From NCBI GenBank assembly GCA_964016885.1, contig OZ024745.1:106454001-106518000 (forward strand): a stretch of 64,000 nucleotides of DNA. Reading direction: 5' to 3'. Positions 13,638 through 27,258 of the stretch are shown here, piece after piece. The notes under the pieces were generated by a model. The model was given only the letters and a program-made list of their open reading frames with translations. It made no database searches and had not been told where the DNA came from. The translations under genes were made by a program, and so were the position numbers. Position 1 is the first letter of the stretch. Each line of letters opens with the position of its first letter. The stretch comes from Eledone cirrhosa (lineage: Eukaryota).

Positions 13638-14058
13638 GTATATATAAATGGAAAAAATGAAATTTCATTTCTCACTCTTAGTACGGCCGATACTTAAATA
13701 TAAGTATGTATACGTACATACATACATATATGTATACAGACGTACAGTAGTATGTATATATATATACATACATGCACACATATATATATGTACGTATGGA
13801 TTCACCGAACATTTATTATAATGCTCGGTGTGTTTGTAAACAAACATCCCGTATTAAGCCGTAGTGTCTAGCAACCATCGTTGCTCGTTTGATCAAGACT
13901 GACAAAGGAACGCTGTACTAGTTTCAAGCTTATTAGCTATTGTCAGCAACGTATACCTTCCTGCCAGATTGTTGAACGTATATACTTACCTTATGCATAT
14001 TAACGGCTGAGTAGCCCAATTTGCATATCGAGTGGGTTATATATATATATATATATAT

Positions 14059-14374
14059 GATATTCAGAACAACGAACAGCGGAGGACGCATTTCGCACCT
14101 TTCCGACAGAAAACCTATCCCCACCCCGGAAAAACCCCCAGTTGATGGATGTGAATCCGAAATATATAGGGACAATTAAATCTCTTCCAAGGTAACTCTC
14201 TCTCGTGTTGTTATTTTTATTTTATCCTTTATGCTCTTTCCTTCATTCCTCTACACGTCTTATACACGCCACGCATCTCAACGTACACCCACTTACATCT
14301 CTCTCTCTCCACCACCGGATCTTGTTACCCGGAGATTTACCCATTTGCTTTGTCGAGGCTTCCAAACGACTTAA

Positions 14375-14378
<4 letters not shown>
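14059..14378 (+). mobile_element. TA-flanked element end (family C) with variant HHR-like motif
   Basis: ccc-CAGTTGA-t-ggat/atcc-GAAA-tata-TA-ggg near 14136-14171. Homologous to both arms of 48735-49315. Confidence 0.65.
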
Positions 14379-14422
<44 letters not shown>

Positions 14423-14672
14423 GAGACGTATAGAGATTGTTTTAGCAAGAAGCTAACGGCATTCTATAACATATATGCGACTATAACGTCAAGATGGGAA
14501 AAGTAGTTAACGAAAGATTTAGGAAAAATAACTCAAACTCATCTCAAAAGAGAATCAGGATACAAATTCATCCACAGAATTTAGTAAAATCCATGGAAAA
14601 ATCTATAGACCTTTAACTCATGATAAAACAAAGTTTGAAACACTTATCCTTCAATTTGGAATAACATCAAAT

Positions 14673-14754
14673 GCTCTGTATAGTCTTAAAAGACTATTTC
14701 ATGAAAACTTTCAGTGGAGATGGTCACGGTTGGAATATCATTCATCAGCAGAGC
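14673..14754 (-). ncRNA. Type I hammerhead ribozyme, array copy 1
   Basis: gctctg-CTGATGA-atga..tcat-GAAA-tagtct(ttta)agacta-TA-cagagc; AUA site, predicted cut between 14679 and 14678. Confidence 0.92.
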
Positions 14755-15301
14755 TCAACAGAAAACCAGGGCTCTCACAGTAATATAGACCGAAAAAGGG
14801 AATTCTAAAACTGGCTAGTTCGCCTTCATGTGTATTTATGAAAAAGCACATGAGGAAAAAACGGGGCTAGTGACGTCAGGATGGAAGTGAATGTTTATTT
14901 ACAAGAAATAGCAGTCAAATACATTCTGAAAAAAACTCTACAAGGAGTTCAGCAAAATAGCAATAATTATCACAGTTTTTATGAAAAAAACCGGGATTAG
15001 TCACAGATAGTTTAAGCACTCTAGGAAAAGAATCCGAGTATAAATATAAATGAGACGTATAGAGATTGTTTTAGCAAGAAGCTAACGGCATTCTATAACA
15101 TATATGCGACTATAACGTCAAGATGGGAAAAGTAGTTAACGAAAGATTTAGGAAAAATAACTCAAACTCATCTCAAAAGAGAATCAGGATACAAATTCAT
15201 CCACAGAATTTAGTAAAATCCATGGAAAAATCTATAGACCTTTAACTCATGATAAAACAAAGTTTGAAACACTTATCCTTCAATTTGGAATAACATCAAA
15301 T

Positions 15302-15383
15302 GCTCTGTATAGTCTTAAAAGACTATTTCATGAAAACTTTCAGTGGAGATGGTCACGGTTGGAATATCATTCATCAGCAGAGC
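15302..15383 (-). ncRNA. Type I hammerhead ribozyme, array copy 2
   Basis: Same sequence as copy 1, offset by 629. Confidence 0.92.
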
Positions 15384-15930
15384 TCAACAGAAAACCAGGG
15401 CTCTCACAGTAATATAGTCCGAAAAATGGAATTCTAAAACTGGCTAGTTCGCCTTCATGTGTATTTATGAAAAAGCACATGAGGAAAAAACGGGGCTAGT
15501 GACGTCAGGATGGAAGTGAATGTTTATTTACAAGAAATAGCAGTCAAATACATTCTGAAAAAAACTCTACAAGGAGTTCAGCAAAATAGCAATAATTATC
15601 ACAGTTTTTATGAAAAAAACCGGGATTAGTCACAGATAGTTTAAGCACTCTAGGAAAAGAATCCGAGTATAAATATAAATGAGACGTATAGAGATTGTTT
15701 TAGCAAGAAGCTAACGGCATTCTATAACATATATGCGACTATAACGTCAAGATGGGAAAAGTAGTTAACGAAAGATTTAGGAAAAGTAACTCAAACTCAT
15801 CTCAAAAGAGAATCAGGATACAAATTCATCCACAGAATTTAGTAAAATCCATGGAAAAATCTATAGACCTTTAACTCATGATAAAACAAAGTTTGAAACA
15901 CTTATCCTTCAATTTGGAATAACATCAAAT

Positions 15931-16012
15931 GCTCTGTATAGTCTTAAAAGACTATTTCATGAAAACTTTCAGTGGAGATGGTCACGGTTGGAATATCATT
16001 CATCAGCAGAGC
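15931..16012 (-). ncRNA. Type I hammerhead ribozyme, array copy 3
   Basis: Same sequence as copy 1, offset by 1258. Confidence 0.92.
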
Positions 16013-16384
16013 TCAACAGAAAACCAGGGCTCTCACAGTAATATAGTCCGAAAAAGAGAATTCTAAAACTGGCTAGTTTGCCTTCATGTGTATTTATGAA
16101 AAAGCACATGAGGAAAAAACGGGGCTAGTGACGTCAGGATGGAAGTGAATGTTTATTTACAAGAAATAGCAGTCAAATACATTCTGAAAAAAACTCTACA
16201 AGGAGTTCAGCAAAATAGCAATAATTATCACAGTTTATATATATATATATACGTTCAACAATCTGGCAGGAAGGTATACGTTGCTGACAATTTAGACATG
16301 ATAGTGTAGTTTGAAATCACTGGTAGTGCAGAGGTCATGATAAACTGTTTATATATATATATATATATATTTATATAAACTGTT

Positions 16385-16466
<82 letters not shown>

Positions 16467-16506
16467 GATATTAAATAAATGGAAACTATATTTATAAAAC
16501 CATATT

Positions 16507-16572
16507 TATTTCATTATATATATTTCAGGGATATCATATTAACAATATGTTATGCCTTCTTCAGACAAAATA
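16507..16572 (-). ncRNA. Hammerhead ribozyme (family B)
   Basis: Mirror copy of 18977-19042. Confidence 0.8.
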
Positions 16573-18976
16573 CAATATAGACAGTTTTATAGATAAATAG
16601 ATTTGACATACCGTTCAACATCGACTTGTATTTGAAAAAGTTGATTTGGCAGTGAAAAATTGTAAACAGAAAGAAAGAAAGAAAGAAAGAAGGAAAGAAA
16701 GAAAGAAAACGAAGGAAAGAAAGAAAGAAAACGAAGAAAAAGAAGAAAAAGAAGAAATGCATGCAACAAAATAGAGAGATGGAAAGATAGATAAAGAGAA
16801 GAACTTCATGTAAAGAAACAGAGAGAGATATATAGAGAGAGGAAATAGATAGAGATAGATATATATAGAGAAAAGTAGGTAGTTGAACGACGTATCAATG
16901 ATACATTTATTTATTTATTTATTTATTTAGCTCTAGTATTAATGTAAGGGAGATATATGTGGTTAGGAAAGAAACCAGCCGTTATATAGAGAGAAAAATG
17001 AAAAGTAACCAGACATAGGCGAGGCAGAATTTAAAAACCCTATGTTTTAATGTAGAAATATTAGTTCGTATAAAAACCAGGCACTATAATGTAAATATCA
17101 GTATTCCTGAATGAGACACGTATCTATAATGTGTGAAAAGTAATGATCTTATGTCTAGTTTTAAAAATTCATATGTTTATATGATAACTACAAACATCGA
17201 TGTGAATTTACGTGATCAACTCTGCAAACCCCTATTTCACACGGAGAACATTCTCATTGTGCTATAAAAATTTAAGTATACATATATGTGTATATATACA
17301 CATATATATAGAGTCTATATTAATTTTAACAATACTATTCTTGTCTTTACTCTACATGATTATCTATCAAGCAGAAATAGAGAACAGATTTCAATATATT
17401 AATAAAAATATCAGAAACAAAAACAAAAAATAATAATAATAATAATAATAATAAACAAATAAATAAAATAGAGAACTAAAAAATATTACATATTAAAAAT
17501 GAAAATATTAAAAATATTAAAAAATATTAAAATAATAAAAATAAAAACATAATATGCCACGCAAATCGACCACAAAGATCAACCCTTCAAAATTAATTGA
17601 CAATATATTGCCAAGTTCATTATAAGCATCAGAGTCGAAAACAGATAAAGCTAAAAAATTATTTACCAAATCGCGTCTAGCAGAAATCATTTCAAAAGTT
17701 TAGGATGCCCATTTGGTCTACATATGTTCTTATATTTAATATAGAAGTTTATCTAGTGTAACGTTTATTCGATATATTTGGAGCATCAACTTTTAGGGTA
17801 GTTTAAATATTAAATATAAGAACATATGTAGACCAAATGGGCATCCTAAACTTTTGAAATGATTTCTGCTAGACGCGATTTGGTAAATAATTTTTTAGCT
17901 TTATCTGTTTTCGACTCTGATGCTTATAATGAACTTGGCAATATATTGTCAATTAATTTTGAAGGGTTGATCTTTGTGGTCGATTTGCGTGGCATATTAT
18001 GTTTTTATTTTTATTATTTTAATATTTTTTAATATTTTTAATATTTTCATTTTTAATATGTAATATTTTTTAGTTCTCTATTTTATTTATTTGTTTATTA
18101 TTATTATTATTATTATTATTTTTTGTTTTTGTTTCTGATATTTTTATTAATATATTGAAATCTGTTCTCTATTTCTGCTTGATAGATAATCATGTAGAGT
18201 AAAGACAAGAATAGTATTGTTAAAATTAATATAGACTCTATATATATGTGTATATATACACATATATGTATACTTAAATTTTTATAGCACAATGAGAATG
18301 TTCTCCGTGTGAAATAGGGGTTTGCAGAGTTGATCACGTAAATTCACATCGATGTTTGTAGTTATCATATAAACATATGAATTTTTAAAACTAGACATAA
18401 GATCATTACTTTTCACACATTATAGATACGTGTCTCATTCAGGAATACTGATATTTACATTATAGTGCCTGGTTTTTATACGAACTAATATTTCTACATT
18501 AAAACATAGGGTTTTTAAATTCTGCCTCGCCTATGTCTGGTTACTTTTCATTTTTCTCTATATATAACGGCTGGTTTCTTTCCTAACCACATATATCTCC
18601 CTTACATTAATACTAGAGCTAAATAAATAAATAAATAAATAAATGTATCATTGATACGTCGTTCAACTACCTACTTTTCTCTATATATATCTATCTCTAT
18701 CTATTTCCTCTCTCTATATATCTCTCTCTGTTTCTTTACATGAAGTTCTTCTCTTTATCTATCTTTCCATCTCTCTATTTTGTTGCATGCATTTCTTCTT
18801 TTTCTTCTTTTTCTTCGTTTTCTTTCTTTCTTTCCTTCGTTTTCTTTCTTTCTTTCCTTCTTTCTTTCTTTCTTTCTTTCTGTTTACAATTTTTCACTGC
18901 CAAATCAACTTTTTCAAATACAAGTCGATGTTGAACGGTATGTCAAATCTATTTATCTATAAAACTGTCTATATTG

Positions 18977-19042
18977 TATTTTGTCTGAAGAAGGCATAAC
19001 ATATTGTTAATATGATATCCCTGAAATATATATAATGAAATA
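18977..19042 (+). ncRNA. Hammerhead ribozyme (family B), palindromic TATATA stem III
   Basis: tattttgt-CTGAAGA-agg..catatt/aatatg..cct-GAAA-tatata-TA-atgaaata. Confidence 0.8.
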
Positions 19043-19169
19043 AATATGGTTTTATAAATATAGTTTCCATTTATTTAATATCGTAAATATACTCCAAATA
19101 CTTGTTGAGTGCTTTTATATCAGTTATAAATATTTACTGGTTGTAACCCAACAATTTAAATATAACTTT

Positions 19170-19343
<174 letters not shown>

Positions 19344-21172
19344 AGTTTATCATGACATCTGCACTACCAATGATTTCAAACTACACTATCATGTCTAAAT
19401 TGTCAGGTCTACCTGATGATTTATATTGGTTTTCGCCATGAAACCGCTGGTACTGCGGAGAGAATTTAAACTTTTGATATAATAAATAGACACCTTATGC
19501 ATATGGTTTGATTTGATTTTTTTTGTTTCTATCTCTCGTTTGTATTCAGTATGTGTGTCTGTGTGTGTTGGTTTATATTATTTATTTATTTGTGGGAGTG
19601 AAGGTATTTGCGGCAATAAACTTCCCGATTTTGTACATATTAGCAAACTAAGTTTTTTGTATATTTGAGGAATACTCAATCGTTTTGTATGACAGCCCCT
19701 AACTCTATCCTGTCCGAATTGTTAGAATTAAACGTAAAATGAGGTAGAATAATTATGCCAAATCGAACTGGCATTTATGTCCCGGTATGCAACACATTAA
19801 GTATTTTATATGAAATATGTACGTCATAGGCATTAGATTTGTCCGAATAGAAGCACCATCATAGACAAAGACAGAAATGTTGGTATAGGGGGAGGGGGGT
19901 CTCAAATCGGTTTAATACACAAAAAACTTTAAAGCGTTTACTAAATTTGCAAGTAGAATCAGTACATGACAAGATACAACATCACTGTTCCAAACGAAAT
20001 ATCTCACTGATTGCAGAGGTAAACAAAAATGAGTAGAAATGCGCGCGTGGTTAAGTAATAAAGATATTAAACATGTACTGAATGAATGCCTCTTGTGCAA
20101 TTTATAGAGTAAATATTTTGATGTCAAATTTAGGCACAAAACCAGCAATTTGTGCGAGAAGAAATCACTCCCAGTACTTTATTTTGTAGATCCCAGAAAA
20201 ATTGACGGTAAAGTAGCCATGGTGGGATTTGAACTCGGGAATTGAAGAGTCAGTAAAAACTACTATGCGTTTATCACACACTAACAACTCTTGACAAATG
20301 TTTCCTTCAAATCTTCCCTGAAATACCCAGCTTTACCAAACACTGTTTTGAAAACACGGTAGTTTCAGTGAACTTAAGAAGTTAATACTCAATATTATAC
20401 AGGTCAACATCTACATGAGATTGTGTTAGATAAAACTAGCACTTTCAATTACTGATTTAGTCCATCTACTCAATTTTCCCCATAACTTTGCGTCGTTATG
20501 ACGTGCTGATTGTAAAGAGAGCTTTTTAACATTAGGGTTAATCGTGTGCATAGATTTAGATGTAATAGTTTGTGTAAACAGATATCTTATCACATGTATA
20601 TACATACAAACTGAAAACGACGTGCTTTAAGATGTGAAATTAGCAATATATTACTTGTATTTCACGGCAGAATACATGTTATATTAGTAACAGCAAGTTT
20701 AAATCTAAACAGTTGAGGACCTAAAATGATAACAATCGAGCGAAAAGGAATCCATTTGAATTCAAATGTTGATAGATTGTTATAGAGCCCTCTTCAAGTT
20801 AGGTCGTCCCCCTGTTGGAGTGCATTTAGCAGAAATCTAATCTGTGCCTGAAGAGAGATATATATGTTTATGTTAATGATATCAAACTAAATAACAATTA
20901 AGTAACGTGATAACATTAGTTTTCTTTCTTATTCTGTTGAAAGCTTTCTTGTCTCAAGTGGACTAATTCTTATCTATTTAGAGGCTTCCGTTCGATTGAA
21001 GTTTTTACAGCTTTGTCGGTACAGTAAAACACTTCTTTGAACCGTTAAAACACCTGTCGGAAACCGAGGGCAACTTCAAACAAGTGCTTTACGAGTATAC
21101 TTTATCTACACACGCACAAGTACACACACACAAATATATATATGTGTGTGTGTGTGTGTGTGTATGTCTGTC

Positions 21173-21206
<34 letters not shown>

Positions 21207-21332
21207 TGTGTGTGTGTGTGTGTATGTATACGTACGTACATATATATACATATTTATATATGCGTGTGAATATAACCACAGTAAGTTTTACGCTGATATA
21301 CTAGTTATATGAAATATATACGTACACAAGTA

Positions 21333-21385
<53 letters not shown>

Positions 21386-21683
21386 GCATGCATATATATA
21401 TATATAATTATATATTATGCCGTCTCATTTCAAGTCAATGTTTTTTTTTTTCATCCCTCATAAATCAAATATTTACCGAATTCTAAATTAAATATCTAAT
21501 AAACCGTGAAACTTGTTGCCTGATCCTCGATTATGTAGGCATGAATACTAAATCTAATTGGTATAATTATGATATTATCATTATCAAATTTGTAACGTAC
21601 TCAGTTTAAATGGAGAAAACTATTGTTAAATATTTTTCATGTGTATGTGTGAAGGTGGATCTGTGCTTCTGGATACATATAGG

Positions 21684-22326
21684 CACGCCGTGGGAATTGC
21701 AGTTTCAGTAGAGCGTCGGGTCAACATGCTTACTGAGTTAGAGCTACAGCTTTTTTCGTTCTGAGTTCAACTCCCATCGAGTTTATTTTTGCCTTTCATC
21801 CTTACGGGGTTGATAAAATAAAGTACCAGTAATGTACTGGAGTCGATTTAATCGACTTCACCCTTTCCCCCAAATTGTTGGCCTTGTGCCTAGATTAGAA
21901 ACCATTATTTATTTGTATATAAAAGAGCGGTGGATTGGCAGTATCGGTAGAGGGTCGGACGCCATGCTTTCCAGCATAGTTACGTCCCTTTACGATCTGA
22001 GTTCAAATCCCGCCGAGATTGACTTTGCCTTTCATCCTTACGAGGTCGATAAAATAAAGTACCAGTGATGCACTGGGTAATTGCTGGCCTTGTGCCTAAA
22101 GTAGAGACAATTATTTATTTGTATATAATTGCGGTGGATTGGCAGTATCGGTAGAGAGTCGGACGCCATGCTTTCCAGCATGTCCCTTTACGATCTGAGT
22201 TCAAATCCCGCCGAGGTTGACTTTGCCTTTCATCCTTACGGGGTCGATAAAATAAAGTACCAGTAATGCACTGGGTAATTGCTGGCCTTGTGCCTAAAGT
22301 AGAGACAATTATTTATTTGTATATAT
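21684..22326 (+). mobile_element. Three tandem SINE S1 copies
   Basis: ~21684-21908, 21927-22093 and 22131-22311, each followed by ttatttatttgtatata. Confidence 0.9.
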
Positions 22327-22338
22327 ATGTGCGCGCGC

Positions 22339-22410
<72 letters not shown>

Positions 22411-22939
22411 GTGTGTGTGTGTGTGTGCAAGTTTATGTGTAATTGAGTGTTTTATATTGTTTGTATGTGTGTGAAGTGGGCGATCAATTTCAGAGTTTAA
22501 GTGAATTCCACAACCTAATGAATCAATTATACATACTGTAGTATCTGTATGGCTACAGACATTTGACCCGCAACACTTGAAGAAATATCGTTGATAAATA
22601 CAACTTATCATTTGCTTTACATTCATGTGAATTCTAGTTCAAGTTTTAAATATGCCAAGTTGAGCATCTGTTTTTTCCACCGTAGCTAGGAACCTACATA
22701 AGGGTTGAAAGTGACACTAAGTAAAAGGACACTGTGCACTGAGTAATGTCAGGAAGAAAGTACTGCATGGTAAGTTTTATCCGGATCCATATTTAATACA
22801 ACCAAATTAAACCCTAGATTCAATGTACGGATTCCAGTTTGATGGATGTATTCAGATATCTTCATGCTTTTCTATCTATACACATGTATGGATACTCATA
22901 CATACACAATATATATATATATATATAATTTTATCCGCC

Positions 22940-22984
<45 letters not shown>

Positions 22985-22991
<7 letters not shown>

Positions 22992-23335
22992 GGCGGATAA
23001 AATTCCCGAGTTTTCTCCAGCGGTCTCTGTCCCTCATCATCACTGCCATGTCCTGCGCATCCAAGAGACCAGTGTCTGTCCTTAGCGCATCAACATATGT
23101 CAACTCCGGTCTTCCTCTTCTCGTATGTCCATGCAGGGGCTCCCACAGGAGCACTGAGTGTGGTGTCAACTCTGGATGTCGGTGAGCATGTCCAGCTAAC
23201 CTCAGTCTCCTCTGTGGTACTTTTGAGCTGATTTTTGTGAGGCTCTCGTACATCTCTGAGTTCTTCATCCTCACTGTATACTGATTAATGTTCAGAGCGA
23301 TCCTCAGCATTCTCGTGGAGCATCCATCCACCATC

Positions 23336-23338
<3 letters not shown>
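22985..23338 (-). mobile_element. RTE-clade LINE 3' fragment
   Basis: RMLRIALNI..RRLRLAGH..R..LLWEP..RRGRP..YVD..MRDRDRWR is the typical RTE ORF C-terminus. Confidence 0.88.
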
Positions 23339-23397
<59 letters not shown>

Positions 23398-23400
<3 letters not shown>

Positions 23401-23640
23401 AAAGTCTGTCTGAAGCCAGAAGGCTCATTTGGCCGGTGTTTCGTGACGTGAAGCGACTGAGGGTACAATACCCCCCCCCTCCCGGACAGAATGACAGTCC
23501 ATCGCAGAGTTAAAACCTCAGCTATTGCTGGTACTCATGTTCAGCTGAGTATACTGGAGCAACATGAAATGAAACGTGTTGGTCAAGAACACACCACGCA
23601 ACACAGGAAACGAACCCACGACATTATGATCGCAAGTCCA
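23398..23640 (-). mobile_element. tRNA-derived SINE, family S2 (CORE-like)
   Basis: Reverse-complement homolog of 60358-60648. Confidence 0.8.
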
Positions 23641-24029
23641 CATATATGTATAGAAAATGTGGGAAGAAAGGAGAAAATATTGAAAGGTATAGAGAAGAGT
23701 AGAAAGATCACATTGTCTGTGATTGCGAGTGTGAACGTGTAAGCGAGAATAAGAGATCAGTATTGTGGTTGTCATCTTCTTCGTCAAGTTTGTCATTCTA
23801 GTGGTCCGAATGAATGCTAATATAATTCAGACAAACAGACGTTCGTTGAGAAAAGACGATGGTGTCAACTTTAACGATAAAGTTGCCTATTCTATCATAA
23901 AACATTCAAATCTAATACATCAGAATTTCTGCATAATACTTTGAGAGAAAATATAAAAATACGTTATCTATAGATAATTTATTAAAACAAAATTTGGAGT
24001 GGGTGGGTTATATAAGGCCTTTAATAAAT

Positions 24030-24205
24030 AATTGTTTCTACTTTAGGCATAAGGCCTGCAATTACCCGGTGAATTACTGGTACTTTATTTTATCGACCCT
24101 GTAAGGATGAAAGGCAAAGTTAATCTCGGTGGGATTTGAACTCAGAATGGCAAGAGCCGTAACTCTATGCATCAAAACATAGCGCCCAACCCTCTAACGA
24201 TACGG
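24030..24205 (-). mobile_element. SINE S1
   Basis: Reverse complement of the S1 consensus; cctttaataaataat on both flanks. Confidence 0.88.
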
Positions 24206-24224
24206 CCTTTAATAAATAATATTT

Positions 24225-24394
24225 CAAATCTGTCAACTCTCCCCGGGGAGATTTGCAATAGCCTTTGGAGTGGGTGAGGGATGTCTTCTCTTTTATTATG
24301 CAAAATCTCCCCATTATGCTTCATTTCTCCTCCTTTTGGGGCACCTGTTTTCATGGTACTTCCCGTTTGGGGTTTTAGAGCTTGGCAGATCTGA
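24225..24394. mobile_element. MITE (same family as 1261-1455)
   Basis: Shared aaaatctccccatt..catttctcctc..tttcatggta body and TIRs. Confidence 0.6.
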
Positions 24395-25904
24395 TATTTA
24401 CCTGTTTCTATTATTTGATTGAAGCTATGATGGGAAACTCGTTCAATGTTTTAAAGCAATCATCTTAATCTCAATATATATTCTCGTCTGGTGTTATTCT
24501 ATATTTATTAAGTGGCTACATTATATATTTTTATGCCTAACTAGACGCAACGTTTTATCATGAATATGTTTAGAGTAGATCTTGCAATTAGATTTAAACC
24601 AATCTCTCTCCATATGCTTATCTTCACCAACTTAACGAAAGCTAATTTCTTAGGTATTCCACTAGCTCTCAAGACTTTACTCTAGTGGAAAGCCAAACAA
24701 AAGACTCTATATATTCATAATAACTTCAAGTGCCCCACCTCAGCTGTAATTTGGAACATATTCGCAGATATAAACAGGAGAGTCACCTATTTGTTGCCTG
24801 ATAGGGTTATGTATATTTGATAGGGGAGTTCTCTACTCTAATGTGGCTGAAACCAGAACCGAATTTAGTGAGAAACTAGTCTATATAGTGTATAAACACA
24901 TATCCATCCCGTAGTGATGAATATCGATAAACAATGTCTATCTCTCGACTACAAAAAAAGTAGCTTTTCAAGTACATAAACTTAAGGTGAGCTATTCTTG
25001 CCAAGACAATGAGTTCCACAATTGCAAACAAAACCGGAAGAGGAAAACTCACGTCTACGCTACCCACATCCCAAGTAACAACATGCAATGCTCGAAACCG
25101 AGCCAGCTGCAAATGAGCGGATGTGTCCCTCCCAAATATGTTCTATATAATGCTACACACACACTCGGCCAGATGGCATCCAGTAGATTTATACGAATCT
25201 TCAGGCCAATAACTTCAAAAAACAGATAGTACATATTGATACTTGTTTCTACTTTAGGCACAAGGCCAGCAAATACCCAGTGCATTACTGGTACTTTATT
25301 TTATCGACCCCTTTAAGTTCAGATAGGGAAGAAACTAATTATTTGTCCCGTTTTATCTGGAAGGTTTTAGAGCAACATCACTGCACAAATAGATGTTCCG
25401 TTTAGATATTCTGTTTGCTTTATGATATACTGTTATTCAGATAGAAAATTCCGTCAGTTGCGTAATCCACTGAAGTCTAACGAAGCTCTACCAGAGTTAC
25501 TCCATATTATATTGACGCTAATCTGTTCCTATATAGGTACTTGGATTTTTTTCTGTATATGGATTTAAATAAAACTGACGTCCATTGATGTTTGGCAAGA
25601 TTGAACACACTTCCAAAGGTGTTCTATATCTAATTTAATAGATTAACACTTTAGAAATTATTTCATCCATTTTCTTTTTTTTTTTTACCATTTCGATAAC
25701 GATATTTTCTCACACAATGTGAAAGATACATTATTTGAAATCTCTTAGCTTTAACATCAAGAATATTAGTGGATACTTTAACATGATGGTTTCTTTCAAC
25801 AAGGGTCCATTGCTATTTTTCCCATCGTATTTATGTAAACATACCCAGGCTTAAGCTTATATTTCGCCCTTTAACAGTAGTGTGCAACGCCATTTATCTG
25901 ATGG

Positions 25905-26643
25905 TTGTTTTCTCCAGCCTCACGGCAACTGGCTACAATGCTCCTCCATCTTTCTCTGTCTCTGGCAAGGGTTGGTGCTTGAAGACAGTTTTTGCCACTC
26001 CTATGCAGGTCATTTCTAGGTCTACCATTTGGAGTTTTTCCACCAGCTGTCACCCAAGGCATTGCAGTTCTTGTTGGAATATTATACCCAATTCATAGGA
26101 CATGTCCTGCCAGCTGAATTCTTCTGGTCTTGAGGGCAAGACTCGGGCATGTGGAATGTGCTCTTTAAAGCACTTCTTCGTTTGTGATCTTGTTTTGACA
26201 TCTAATGTCCAGTTCTTTCGGAGGTATCTTTGTTGGAAATTATCAAGCTGTTTTTCAGTTCTGGCGCTACACGTCCATGTATCAGCAGCATATGTTGTTG
26301 TTGAGATAACAATTGACAAAAAAAATCTCAACTTCGTTGATTTCCATGTTGATTGGTGTTTGTTGAGTACAGCACCACTTTTGTCTATCTTTTGTTTTAT
26401 GTCAGCTTCAGTATGGCCATCTGCTGTCTGAAAGCTACTAAGATATGTGAAGAAGTGTTGAACCTCTTCTATGTTTTTCCCAATGACTGAATTTTCATAT
26501 GCTTCACTGAGGGCAACATTCCGTATTATTGTTGTTGATATATTTACTCTCAAGTCAACCAATAAAGCTGTTTCAACCAGATTATTTGTCATTGCCTACA
26601 TTTCTATGCAATTGTTGGTGAGAAGGGCTAAATCGTCAGCAAA
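25905..26643 (-). mobile_element. 5'-truncated degenerate RTE-clade LINE
   Basis: FADDLALL RT motif at ~26620-26643, then IEEVQHF.YLSS, TYAADTW, FQQRYLRK and ARDRERWRSIV, with frameshifts. Confidence 0.88.
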
Positions 26644-26742
26644 TTGTATATACATGTACACGTCTAGATATTTCCTCGTTTACATCTAGCTTAGTCCATA
26701 TGCATCTCTCTATTAACTTATTTATCTATATATATATATATA

Positions 26743-27258
26743 TCCTACAGGATGATCATCTTACGGATGAGCTTGAACATAATTATATTCTGACAATCTG
26801 CTGAAAATTATGAATGTTGGATTCTTATAGAATTCCAGTAATAATCAGGAACTGAAATGCTTTTAATTAAGCATACAGTGTATTGCAAAATACACTATAT
26901 ATACATTCATAATTATATCGCTATTTCAGAGCACCAATTCTATTTTTCAATTTTTGCTGGACCGGCAACCGCTCTGTATAATCAGTTCTTGATTATTACT
27001 GGAATTCTATAAGAATCCAACATACATAATTTTCAGCAGGCAATGGGAGTGGTAAGCTCTGAGGAGTACCAACAGTACGAAACAGAGATCTGTCAGCTTA
27101 TCTCCCTTTGTTTGCTGAAAAATGAAGTAAGTGACATAGTCACTACTTTAAAACAATAGCGTAAGGTCTTCAAAATGCTTTTAATTAAGCATACAGTGTA
27201 TTGCAAAATACACTATATATACATTCATATATATATCGCTATTTCAGAGCACCAATTC

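Larger units (their letters stand above)
14415..16236 (-). mobile_element. Tandem array of a 629-bp HHR-containing unit (~2.9 copies), retrozyme-like
   Basis: gagacgtatagag at 14423, 15052 and 15681 (period 629); near-identical copies; (TA)n on both sides; no ORF. Confidence 0.92.

Noticed and set aside
14415-16236. CRISPR-like or coding interpretation of the tandem array
   Set aside because: Whole 629-bp units repeat with no unique spacers and no ORF, and the context is eukaryotic.
19405-19460. CTGATGA...GAAA-ccgctgg-TA
   Set aside because: No stem I pairing and a displaced stem II; not called.
24987-25229. 80-aa ORF in a higher-GC patch
   Set aside because: No recognisable motif or clear splice signals; left unassigned.
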